NCBI GenBank assembly: GCA_902795885.1
Contig: CADBNC010000208.1
Coordinates: forward strand, 1-50,246
From: Oscillospiraceae bacterium
GTDB lineage: Bacteria > Bacillota > Clostridia > Oscillospirales > Oscillospiraceae
Direction: 5' to 3'
Length of the DNA stretch: 50,246 nucleotides
A model generated the notes under the pieces. It was given only the letters and a program-made list of their open reading frames with translations. It did not search any database and was not told where the DNA came from. Position numbers and translations under genes: made by a program. Shown piece by piece: positions 28,233 through 36,040 of the stretch (position 1 is the first letter of the stretch; the number at the start of each line of letters is the position of its first letter).

Positions 28233-29630
28233 ATGAAAAAAATTTGGTTTTTACTGGCGGTATTTTGTATGAGTTTTGTGATGTCGATATATGCACCAGC
28301 CGCTCATGCTGCCCAGGCACCGGAACTGAACGGCAAAAATATTGTCCTTGCGGATTTGAATACGGGACGTATAATATACTCCAAGAACCCCGATACGGTT
28401 GTTGCACCTGCCAGTCTGACAAAGATTATGACTGTACTTCTGGCAGTGGAAGCTGTGGAGAGGGGAGAGCATACCCTGGATGAGATGGTCACTGCCGGCG
28501 AAGACTGCAGAGCAGGGCTTGATGACGAGAGCAGCAGCGGAGAAATTGTCCCTGGCGAACAGTTGACCTACAGGGATCTCCTTTACTGCTCCATGATTCA
28601 ATCTGCAAGCGACGCCTGCAATGTTCTTGCCTCTCTGCTTGGCGGAAGCATCAGCGGTTTTGTCGATATGATGAACGCAAGAGCGAGTGAGCTTGGATGC
28701 GAGGTTACCCATTTTGAGGATCCAAACGGGCTCTCAAACAACAACCAGACTACAGCCTATGAGATGTTCCTGATTACTCAGGAGGCCATTTCGCACGACT
28801 ATTTTGTTGTTGTGTGCAATATTGCCGATGTTACGATTCCTCAGACAAATATGCACCCGGAGAGAGAATATCACAACTCCAACTCTCTGATCAGCAGTCA
28901 GTCCGTCTACGGGGGGAACCGCTATCTCTACACTGGTGCAGCCGGCGTGAAAACCGGTTATACCCGCGCCGCCGGCTACTGCCTTATCTCTACAGCCGAG
29001 AGAGAAGGTCTCCACTTTCTGGCAGTCGTGATGGGCTGCGACGGCTGGCTGAATGCCGGGATTGAAGACTATCTGAACTTTGAGGATACCATCAAGCTGT
29101 ATGACTGGGCTTTTTCCGATTTTTCCTACCGCAACGTTGTGGACACAGCAACCCCCGTGTATGAGCTGGATGTTGCGCTTGCCCATGATCACCAGAAGGC
29201 AGTGCTCTATCCGCAGCAGAGGCTTCGCCTTCTGCTCCCTAAGGATACAACGGATGAGGATATCTCGCTGGAATTTCATATTCCTGATCAGGAACTGAAG
29301 GCGCCGGTCAGAGCAGGAGAGGTCCTTGGAGAAGCTGTTGTCAGCGTCAACGGCGATGTTTACGGCACTGTGAATCTGATTACCAGGGAAGAGGTTGAGC
29401 TTGCCCGAACAGAGTATATGAAACAGCAGCTGAAAACTGTTTTCTCCAACCAGTGGGTTGTCGGTGTCTTTGTCATGCTGCTCCTTCTTCTTGCAATCTA
29501 CATTACCCTGCAGATTCGTTACAGAAAAGCGAGAGAAAAATACATGCAGGAGCGTATTGACAGAGAGCGAAGACGCAGACAGAAAAGAAAAGCCATGGAA
29601 GAATCCTCCCGCGAGGGGTGGGACTTGTAA
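28233..29630 (+). CDS. D-alanyl-D-alanine carboxypeptidase (peptidase S11, PBP5/DacB-like) with a C-terminal TM anchor and basic tail
   Basis: Signal peptide, then the SxxK motif ASLTKIMT and the KTG motif GVKTGYT. The SxN position reads SAS (IQSASDA). C-terminal TM VVGVFVMLLLLLAIYITL is followed by an RK-rich tail. Confidence 0.88.
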   Translation: MKKIWFLLAVFCMSFVMSIYAPAAHAAQAPELNGKNIVLADLNTGRIIYSKNPDTVVAPASLTKIMTVLLAVEAVERGEHTLDEMVTAGEDCRAGLDDESSSGEIVPGEQLTYRDLLYCSMIQSASDACNVLASLLGGSISGFVDMMNARASELGCEVTHFEDPNGLSNNNQTTAYEMFLITQEAISHDYFVVVCNIADVTIPQTNMHPEREYHNSNSLISSQSVYGGNRYLYTGAAGVKTGYTRAAGYCLISTAEREGLHFLAVVMGCDGWLNAGIEDYLNFEDTIKLYDWAFSDFSYRNVVDTATPVYELDVALAHDHQKAVLYPQQRLRLLLPKDTTDEDISLEFHIPDQELKAPVRAGEVLGEAVVSVNGDVYGTVNLITREEVELARTEYMKQQLKTVFSNQWVVGVFVMLLLLLAIYITLQIRYRKAREKYMQERIDRERRRRQKRKAMEESSREGWDL

Positions 29631-29642
29631 GATTACAGCATT

Positions 29643-29668
29643 TGTGATATGATCACAGGCATTATAAT
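29643..29668 (+). promoter_or_regulatory. Perfect palindrome TGTGAT-N3-ATCACA overlapping the putative promoter (-10 TATAAT) of the CobW-like operon
   Basis: TGTGAT (29643-29648) and ATCACA (29652-29657). TATAAT at 29663-29668. It lies in the 55-nt gap before the ATG at 29686. Confidence 0.4.
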
Positions 29669-29685
29669 GCATTCAGGAGGTTAAC

Positions 29686-30771
29686 ATGACGCAAATTGAC
29701 ATTTTTTCCGGATTTCTTGGCGCCGGAAAGACAACATTGATTCGCAAGCTGATTGAATCAGGCTATCAGGGTGAAAAGCTTGTTTTGATAGAGAATGAGT
29801 TCGGTGATATTGCCATCGACGGGGGCTTCCTGCAGGATGCCGGTATCGAGATTACCGAAATGAATTCCGGCTGCATCTGCTGCACCCTCGTTGGTGATTT
29901 TACAAAAGCACTGAGAAAAGTCATTGACGAATATACACCGGACCGTATCCTCATTGAACCCTCCGGTGTTGGAAAGCTTTCGGATGTTGCGGCAGCTGTC
30001 TCCCGCGTTGAGGGGGCTGTGGTGGGTGCCAAAGTAACCGTAGTCGACGCCGGAAAGGCAAAAATGTATCAGCGCAATTTCGGTGAGTTTTTTGAAGACC
30101 AGGTTGCCAATGCAGACCTGCTTGTACTGAGCCGCACTGACTCCATCAGAGAAGAAAAGCTTTTGGAGGCTGTGTCTATTCTGAAGGCACTCAATGCTTC
30201 CGCCGGCCTGATTACGACGCCGTGGAATGCGGTCTCCGGACAGCAGATTATCGAGGCAATGCGTGAAAACGGTCTTCATGCAGAACTGAAGGCCATGGAG
30301 CATCATGAGCATCACCATCATCACCATGATGATGAAGAGTGCGATGATCCAGAGTGCGAGTGCCATCACCACCATCATCATGATGATGACAGCGACCATG
30401 ATCATGAGCATCACGAGCACCACCATCACCATGATGACGAAGAATGCGACGATCCGGAGTGCGAATGCCACCACCATCATCACCATCATGCAGATGATGT
30501 GTTCAGCACCTGGGGAACAGAGACACCGAAAAAATTTGATGAAGACAGCCTGAAACAGATGCTTGAGAAGCTGGAGCAGTCGGAAACCTATGGCACGGTG
30601 CTGCGTGCAAAGGGAATCCTGTCGGCAAATGAAGGCGACTGGCTGTATTTCGACTATGTCCCGGGTGAGGTTTCCATTCGCAGAGGCGCTGCTCAGGTCA
30701 CGGGACGTCTTTGCGTAATCGGCACAAAACTTAAGGAAGACGCACTGAAGGAGCTGTTTACGATTGGCTAA
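29686..30771 (+). CDS. COG0523 (CobW/ZigA/YeiR-like) G3E-family GTPase metallochaperone with an inserted His/Cys-rich region
   Basis: Walker A GFLGAGKTT, ENEFG, the canonical metal motif GCICC, LIEPSG, SRTD, then the His-rich linker and a CobW_C-like end (GTVLRAKGIL...WLYFDYVPG). Confidence 0.88.
   Translation: MTQIDIFSGFLGAGKTTLIRKLIESGYQGEKLVLIENEFGDIAIDGGFLQDAGIEITEMNSGCICCTLVGDFTKALRKVIDEYTPDRILIEPSGVGKLSDVAAAVSRVEGAVVGAKVTVVDAGKAKMYQRNFGEFFEDQVANADLLVLSRTDSIREEKLLEAVSILKALNASAGLITTPWNAVSGQQIIEAMRENGLHAELKAMEHHEHHHHHHDDEECDDPECECHHHHHHDDDSDHDHEHHEHHHHHDDEECDDPECECHHHHHHHADDVFSTWGTETPKKFDEDSLKQMLEKLEQSETYGTVLRAKGILSANEGDWLYFDYVPGEVSIRRGAAQVTGRLCVIGTKLKEDALKELFTIG
30310..30489 (+). repeat. 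In-frame tandem duplication encoding His5-6-DDEECDDPECEC-His6-7 twice
   Basis: Copy 1 is 30310-30381 and copy 2 is 30418-30489. The 36-nt cores (30328-30363 vs 30433-30468) differ at 5 positions, all synonymous third-codon positions. I count 30 His and 6 Cys in about 64 residues. Confidence 0.9.
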
Positions 30772-31720
30772 GAAAAAACGGGATATTCCTGTTTACCTGT
30801 TTACGGGTTTCCTGGAAGCAGGGAAGACCCGCTTCATTCAGGAAACATTGGAAGACAAACGCTTCTGCAACGGTGAGCGCACCATGATTCTTCTGTGCGA
30901 AGAGGGCGTGGAAGAGTATGAGCCGGATCGCTTTGCCTCCGGGAATGTGTTTATCCGTGTGCTGGAAGACGAGAAGATGCTCACAACCGAGACGCTTCTG
31001 CGTTTTGCAGAGGAAACGGATGCAGAACGCGTTGTAGTTGAGTATAATGGTATGTGGCTTCTCGATGTGCTTTATAATGCACTCCCGGAAAACTGGATGG
31101 TTTACCAGGAATTCTATTTTGCTGATGCCAATACCATTCTGCAGTACAATGCCAACATGAGGCAGCTTGTGTTCGACAAGCTGAAGAGCTGTGAACTGGC
31201 TGTATTTAATCGTTTTCGTCCGGAGATGGACAAAATGGAATTTCACAAGCTGGTTCGCGGCGCTTCTCGCCGGGCGGATATTGCCTATGAATATCCGGAC
31301 GGGAAGGTAGAATATGACGATATTGAAGACCCGCTTCCCTTTGATCTGAATGCACCCGTGATACAGATCGGCGATGACGATTTTGCAGTCTGGTATCGTG
31401 ACCTCTCCGAGGAACCGCAGAAATACGAAGGAAAGACGGTCTGCTTTAAGTGCAGGGCCCTGCGCAGACAGAAGCTCCCTCCCGAGACCTTTGTCGTAGG
31501 AAGACATGTGATGACCTGCTGCGTGGAAGATATCCAGTTTGCCGGCCTTGTATGCCAGTGGGAGAATGCCGGTTCCGTCCGCGATGACAGCTGGATGCTT
31601 CTGACGGCGGTGATTCATTTCAAGTTCAACAGAGCCTACGGGAAAAAAGGTCCGGTTCTGTCCTATGTTGACAGCCAGCCTTCAGAAGCCCCTGAGCAGG
31701 CTGTTGCAACGTTTTATTAA
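30764..31720 (+). CDS. Degenerate G3E/CobW-like P-loop domain fused to a DUF1980 (YcgQ/TIGR03943)-like C-terminal domain
   Basis: TTG start overlapping the upstream stop by 8 nt. Walker A GFLEAGKT; CEEG in place of ENEFG; VVVEYNG; no GCxCC; FNRF in place of NKxD. The C-terminus FVVGRHVMTCCVEDIQFAGLV resembles the conserved MTCC..D motif I recall for DUF1980. Confidence 0.6.
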   Translation: MAKKKRDIPVYLFTGFLEAGKTRFIQETLEDKRFCNGERTMILLCEEGVEEYEPDRFASGNVFIRVLEDEKMLTTETLLRFAEETDAERVVVEYNGMWLLDVLYNALPENWMVYQEFYFADANTILQYNANMRQLVFDKLKSCELAVFNRFRPEMDKMEFHKLVRGASRRADIAYEYPDGKVEYDDIEDPLPFDLNAPVIQIGDDDFAVWYRDLSEEPQKYEGKTVCFKCRALRRQKLPPETFVVGRHVMTCCVEDIQFAGLVCQWENAGSVRDDSWMLLTAVIHFKFNRAYGKKGPVLSYVDSQPSEAPEQAVATFY

Positions 31721-31730
31721 GAAACTGTCT

Positions 31731-32390
31731 ATGCCAAATCGGTATCGGTGCCTTGTTTTTGACCATGATGATACGACGGTAAACAGTACCGCCACCATAC
31801 ACCACCCCTGCTTTGAAGAGTTCCTGGCGAAATACTATCCCGGCCTCAGCTGCAGTCTTGAACATTATTTCTTGAAGAACTTTTCGCCCGGTTTTCTTCC
31901 AATGTGTAGAGAAGAGTACGGCATGAGTGAGAAAATGATTGAGGTAGAAGGCGAATACTGGAAAAACTATGTCAGGGATCGGGTCCCAAAGGTTTATCCG
32001 GGGATTCGGGAGATCATGGAACGACACAAGGCGAAGGGCGGGATGATTGCTGTAATCTCGCATTCCCACCGGGTTAATATCCTGAGGGATTATCGGGAGA
32101 ATAATCTTCCTGAGCCGGATCTCGTCTTCGGATGGGAAATGCCGGAAGAGAAGAGAAAACCATCCCCCTGGCCTTTGCAGGAAGTATTGCGGCAGTTTCA
32201 CCTTCTTCCGGAGCAGGCCCTGATGATAGACGATCTGAAACCCGGACTTGACATGGCCTTGGCCTGCGGAGTCCCGTTTGCAGCAGTTGGATGGTCCAAC
32301 GATATTCCCGAGATAGAAAAATACATGCGCCAGCACTGCAAACTGTATTTTAAACGAGTAGCTGATCTGGCAGCATATCTGGAAGCCTGA
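31731..32390 (+). CDS. HAD-superfamily hydrolase (phosphatase-like)
   Basis: Motif I LVFDHDDTTVNS near the N-terminus, plus later SHS and DD(L)KPG-type motifs. The start at MPNRY puts DxD at residues 9-11. The ORF-track start at 31665 would overlap the previous gene by 56 nt. Confidence 0.72.
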   Translation: MPNRYRCLVFDHDDTTVNSTATIHHPCFEEFLAKYYPGLSCSLEHYFLKNFSPGFLPMCREEYGMSEKMIEVEGEYWKNYVRDRVPKVYPGIREIMERHKAKGGMIAVISHSHRVNILRDYRENNLPEPDLVFGWEMPEEKRKPSPWPLQEVLRQFHLLPEQALMIDDLKPGLDMALACGVPFAAVGWSNDIPEIEKYMRQHCKLYFKRVADLAAYLEA

Positions 32391-32403
32391 TGAAGGAGGC
32401 AGA

Positions 32404-33360
32404 ATGATGGGTCCTGTGCTGTATATTGTTATACCCTGCTATAATGAAGAAGCCGTTCTTCCCCTGACAGCCCCTCTGTTTCGTCAAAAGCTGGGAGAGC
32501 TGATCGGCGCGGGGAAAATCAGCGATGACAGCCGTGTCCTGTTTGTAAATGACGGCAGCCGTGATTCCACCTGGGAGATTATTCAGAATCTGGCGAAACA
32601 GGATGTGCACTTTGCAGGTATTTCGCAGAGTCGGAACCGCGGTCATCAGAATGCGGTACTTGCCGGCCTGATGGAATGCAGGAACCGTTGCGATATCACA
32701 ATCTCCATCGATTGTGACGGACAGGACGACATCAATGCCATGGACCGGATGGTGGATGCCTATGCGGAGGGGTATGATGTCGTGTACGGTGTTCGTTCCA
32801 GCCGTGAGACGGATTCGTTCTTCAAGCGCTTTACGGCCCAGTCATACTATAAATTCCTTGCTGCTATGGGTGCAGAAGTTGTATATAATCATGCTGATTA
32901 TCGCCTGGTCAGTTCAAAGGTGCTTGAGGCGTTTGCGGATTATCATGAAGTGAATCTTTATCTGCGAGGGCTGATTCCTCTTGTAGGCTTCAAAAGCACA
33001 AAGGTGGAGTATTCCAGGGCAGAGAGAATGGCCGGTGAGAGTCATTATCCGCTGAAGAAGATGCTTGGTCTAGCGGTTGACGGCATTACCAGTCTCTCAG
33101 TCAAGCCCCTGCATCTCATCACCTCGATTGGCATTTTTGTTGCATTTGTCAGCTTTATCTGCTGTATCTGGGCACTTATCAGGGCGCTGACAGGAGCAAC
33201 GGTACCCGGGTGGGCAAGTATGACCTGTATTGTCTGCTTTGTAAGCGGGGTTCAGCTTGTGAGTCTGGGTATTATCGGAATTTATATCGGGAAGATCTAT
33301 CTGGAAACAAAAGGCCGCCCCCGGTATATTATCAGCGAGCGGACCGAGAATATGATCTGA
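32404..33360 (+). CDS. Family-2 glycosyltransferase, polyprenol-phosphate sugar transferase type (GtrB/CsbB/ArnC-like) with 2 C-terminal TM helices
   Basis: IVIPCYNEE, VNDGSRDST, DCDGQDD (DxD), then two hydrophobic helices near the C-terminus. AAGGAGG RBS. Confidence 0.88.
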   Translation: MMGPVLYIVIPCYNEEAVLPLTAPLFRQKLGELIGAGKISDDSRVLFVNDGSRDSTWEIIQNLAKQDVHFAGISQSRNRGHQNAVLAGLMECRNRCDITISIDCDGQDDINAMDRMVDAYAEGYDVVYGVRSSRETDSFFKRFTAQSYYKFLAAMGAEVVYNHADYRLVSSKVLEAFADYHEVNLYLRGLIPLVGFKSTKVEYSRAERMAGESHYPLKKMLGLAVDGITSLSVKPLHLITSIGIFVAFVSFICCIWALIRALTGATVPGWASMTCIVCFVSGVQLVSLGIIGIYIGKIYLETKGRPRYIISERTENMI

Positions 33361-33394
33361 TTCTGATCTGCACTTCTCTTTACAGTAACTAAAA

Positions 33395-33430
33395 AGCACC
33401 GTGCCGGTGTGTTCTGTCCGGCACGGTGCT
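33395..33430 (+). terminator. Strong hairpin after the GT2 gene (terminator-like, weak U-tract)
   Basis: Perfect 13-bp stem AGCACCGTGCCGG/CCGGCACGGTGCT with a 10-nt loop, preceded by AAAA and followed by TCTGTC. Confidence 0.5.
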
Positions 33431-33560
33431 TCTGTCATATTATCTATTAAAAGCGGCAGCTGTAAAGCGTTACAAACACCTTCCGAACGGCTTTTCACCT
33501 TAAAAGTGGGGGAAAACCTTAAAAAACAATGAATTTTGGCACCGTAATTGAGCAAAGCAC

Positions 33561-33589
33561 TTGACGAATACAGGCTTTAGATGTAGAAT
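33561..33589 (+). promoter_or_regulatory. Candidate sigma-A promoter for the Zn-ribbon membrane protein gene
   Basis: TTGACG (33561-33566), 17-nt spacer, TAGAAT (33584-33589). Confidence 0.5.
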
Positions 33590-33643
33590 ACACAATGTTT
33601 AAATTTGGATTTTTCCATCTTCGCTGAATGGAGGAAAATTTGA

Positions 33644-34318
33644 ATGAGTTTAATTCCTGAAGTAAAATGCCGCAGATGCGGGGAGAGCTTCTCCGTCCTG
33701 CGCAGTCGATGCCCCAATTGCGGCACAAGAAGAGTGACGCAGAGCAGCCGTACTCCTGCCCCCACTCCCAGCACTGTCAAAGGCACGGCTGCATACGAGC
33801 GAGCTGAAACCAACACACGCTGGCAGATGATTTTTGGCCTGATTTTGGTAGTGGCTGTTATCCTTGCCGTCATTGTCATGGTTTCAACGAGTCTCAGCGG
33901 GCTTGACAATCAGGCAGGCCGCAGCACTAACAACGTACCCAGTACGCCGACACCCGTTGTGGAATCCACTGCTCCGACACCGGAAGCGCCTCCCACGCCG
34001 ACGCCTACACCTCCGCCGAGTGTTGAGGGCATTAACATTCAGTGCTTTGGCACTAATGTCGTGAATGAATTTACGATGTCCCTGTCGCGCGATCCGAAGA
34101 TTGAGCTGCAGGCGCAGGTTCTGCCTCTTGAAGTCTTTACAGCTGAAAATACCAGAGTAACCTGGAAGAGCAGCGACGAATCCCTGTTTATTGTCACACC
34201 TGGTGAAGACACAAGAAAGTGCACGGTTGAGATGCTTCAGACGTCGACAACGCCAGGAACGCTCACGATTTCGTGCAACGACTATACCATGGAACTTGTT
34301 GTCCGGCTTGTGCCGTGA
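33644..34318 (+). CDS. Hypothetical membrane protein: N-terminal CxxC...CxxC zinc ribbon, one TM, Pro/Thr-rich linker, C-terminal beta-rich (Ig-like?) domain
   Basis: KCRRCG...RCPNCG; TM MIFGLILVVAVILAVIVMV; linker PSTPTPVVESTAPTPEAPPTPTPTPPPS; about 90-aa C-terminal domain. GGAGGA RBS. Confidence 0.7.
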   Translation: MSLIPEVKCRRCGESFSVLRSRCPNCGTRRVTQSSRTPAPTPSTVKGTAAYERAETNTRWQMIFGLILVVAVILAVIVMVSTSLSGLDNQAGRSTNNVPSTPTPVVESTAPTPEAPPTPTPTPPPSVEGINIQCFGTNVVNEFTMSLSRDPKIELQAQVLPLEVFTAENTRVTWKSSDESLFIVTPGEDTRKCTVEMLQTSTTPGTLTISCNDYTMELVVRLVP

Positions 34319-34391
34319 CATTCACAGGAGAATCGAAAAGAAAGTGCTTTGATTCCGAGAGTTTGATCCTCTGTGAATACAGCATAAAGTG

Positions 34392-34430
34392 CAGAAGGAG
34401 CCATGTCTGATCAGGACATGGCTCCTTCTG
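34392..34430. terminator. Bidirectional terminator between the convergent Zn-ribbon gene and the pseudouridine synthase gene
   Basis: Perfect 16-bp stem CAGAAGGAGCCATGTC/GACATGGCTCCTTCTG with a 7-nt loop. Confidence 0.7.
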
Positions 34431-34443
34431 TGTTAACCGATAT

Positions 34444-35430
34444 TCAAAACCGGCTTCTCATTCGGAAGGAAGGAAAATAAGTTTTTACAAAAGGAATCTC
34501 ATTGGGATCGACTGCGAAGGATCTGCCCTTCAGATAATTCAGAATTCCGGCGTCTGTGGAAAAATCAAAGGAAAGGCGCCAGGAATAGAGAGCCTGTCCG
34601 CTTTCCCCGTATTGACGGTTCACCGATTCCTTTCCATACTTTCCATCTCCCAGAAGCGGGCACCCAATATGCGAAAGCTGGACACGTATCTGATGTGTGC
34701 GTCCTGTCAGCAGACGGCATTCCAGAAGAGCGAGGCGGCCGTTTTTGTCCAGTACCTGGTATTCGGTAATCGCGTGGCGGGAGCCGGGCTCGGGCACCTT
34801 TTTTACAAAAACCTGGTTTTTTGAGGCATCCTTGAACAGTTCGTTCTCAAGACGGCCGGCTTGCTGCTTCGGGGCTGGGCAGGTGACGCAAAGATAATAT
34901 TTTTCAATCTCACGATTGCGGATCTTCTCATTCATGATACGCAGGGATTCCGCATCCTTTGCCGCAATAACGATCCCGCCTGTGTTGCGGTCAATCCGGT
35001 TGCACAGAGCAGGGGAAAAGGAATTTTCTGCTCTTGTATTCCATTCACCCTTCTGCGCGAGGTAGGCCTGGATATTTGCGATAACCGTTCTGTAATCCCA
35101 GGCACCATCACTGTGGCAGAGCACACCGGGTTTTTTATCGACCAGCAGAATATGTTCATCCTCATACACGATGGAGAGTTTTGGAATGCCGATTTTTCTC
35201 CACGCGTTTTCTTCCGAGGGTTTTTCAAAAAACTCATCGGCAATGTAGAGCTGTATGACGTCTCCTTCTGCAATCCGATAGTCCCGCTTTGCCGGCTTGC
35301 CATTGCATTTGATACGCTTCAGGCGAATGAATTTCTGGAGCAGGCTGTCCGGCAGGAGCGGAACGGCTTTTGAGACGAATCTGTCAATTCGCTGTCCGGC
35401 GTCGTTTGTTCCAATAACCAGTTCTTTCAA
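34444..35430 (-). CDS. RluA-family pseudouridine synthase with an N-terminal S4 domain (RluD/YlyB-like)
   Basis: S4-like RIDRFVSK...; LLVDKKPGVLCH; catalytic-loop variant CNRIDRNTGGIVIAAK; TGRTHQIRVQLSHIGCPLLGDGKYG. TTG start after AAAGGA. Confidence 0.88.
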   Translation of the reverse strand: MKELVIGTNDAGQRIDRFVSKAVPLLPDSLLQKFIRLKRIKCNGKPAKRDYRIAEGDVIQLYIADEFFEKPSEENAWRKIGIPKLSIVYEDEHILLVDKKPGVLCHSDGAWDYRTVIANIQAYLAQKGEWNTRAENSFSPALCNRIDRNTGGIVIAAKDAESLRIMNEKIRNREIEKYYLCVTCPAPKQQAGRLENELFKDASKNQVFVKKVPEPGSRHAITEYQVLDKNGRLALLECRLLTGRTHQIRVQLSHIGCPLLGDGKYGKESVNRQYGESGQALYSWRLSFDFSTDAGILNYLKGRSFAVDPNEIPFVKTYFPSFRMRSRF

Positions 35431-35516
35431 GCAGATTTCCTTTCATATATGCAGACAGGATACGGCCCTCCGTTCAGGAGAGCCGTATCGTTTCGTTCCG
35501 AAGTCTGACAACGCGA

Positions 35517-35924
35517 TTAATCTTCGGGCTTGTCGTCTTTTACAGGCGTGGTATCATCCACCTGTTCTTCAAAGTCGGCATCCCGCTTAATATCCACATT
35601 GATGGAAACCGGGATCGTATCCTTGACTTTCTCGACCGTCTCTGCAGCAAAGTCGCGGACTTTCTGGTTGCGCTGTTCATCCATAACGTTGACAACATCG
35701 CCGTCTGCTCTGACAATTTCAACCGTGCAGCCAAAGCCGACTGTGGCAATAGCTGCGGCGAGGAGAGCCCATTTTGCATAGGAGAGGCCGACCACGGCGC
35801 CCACAACACCCACATTGACAGGGATATTCAGTACAGCCTGGCCGTTTCTGCGAACAACAATTCTGCTGACATTCCCTTTCTTGACAAGTTCTTTCAGTTT
35901 TTCAATGGTGGAAGAAACATCCAT
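35517..35924 (-). CDS. DUF4342-domain protein
   Basis: LVKKGNVSRIVVRRNGQAVLNIPVNVGVVGAVVG...AAIATVGFGCTVEIVRADG matches my recollection of the DUF4342 core. Acidic C-terminal tail. Confidence 0.55.
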   Translation of the reverse strand: MDVSSTIEKLKELVKKGNVSRIVVRRNGQAVLNIPVNVGVVGAVVGLSYAKWALLAAAIATVGFGCTVEIVRADGDVVNVMDEQRNQKVRDFAAETVEKVKDTIPVSINVDIKRDADFEEQVDDTTPVKDDKPED

Positions 35925-36040
35925 GTCTCATTTTCCCTTTCTGTAATTGGTTTTCATAATATATATGAATAGTATCACAACATGAATGGGGATGCATGAA
36001 CAGATTATAAAAGCTGCACGGCTGAATGAAAATGGATTCT

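Noticed and set aside
29758-30553. ORFs in other frames and on the other strand across the His-rich repeat (243 aa on minus, 82 aa on plus), giving MMV/IIT-rich peptides.
   Set aside because: These are low-complexity read-through of the CAT/CAC/GAT repeat in wrong frames. The sense frame has clear COG0523 motifs on both sides.
35431-35516. An 8-bp hairpin GATACGGC...GCCGTATC between the DUF4342 gene and the pseudouridine synthase gene.
   Set aside because: It has a 15-nt loop and no U-run on the transcribed (minus) strand. That is too weak to call a terminator or regulatory element.
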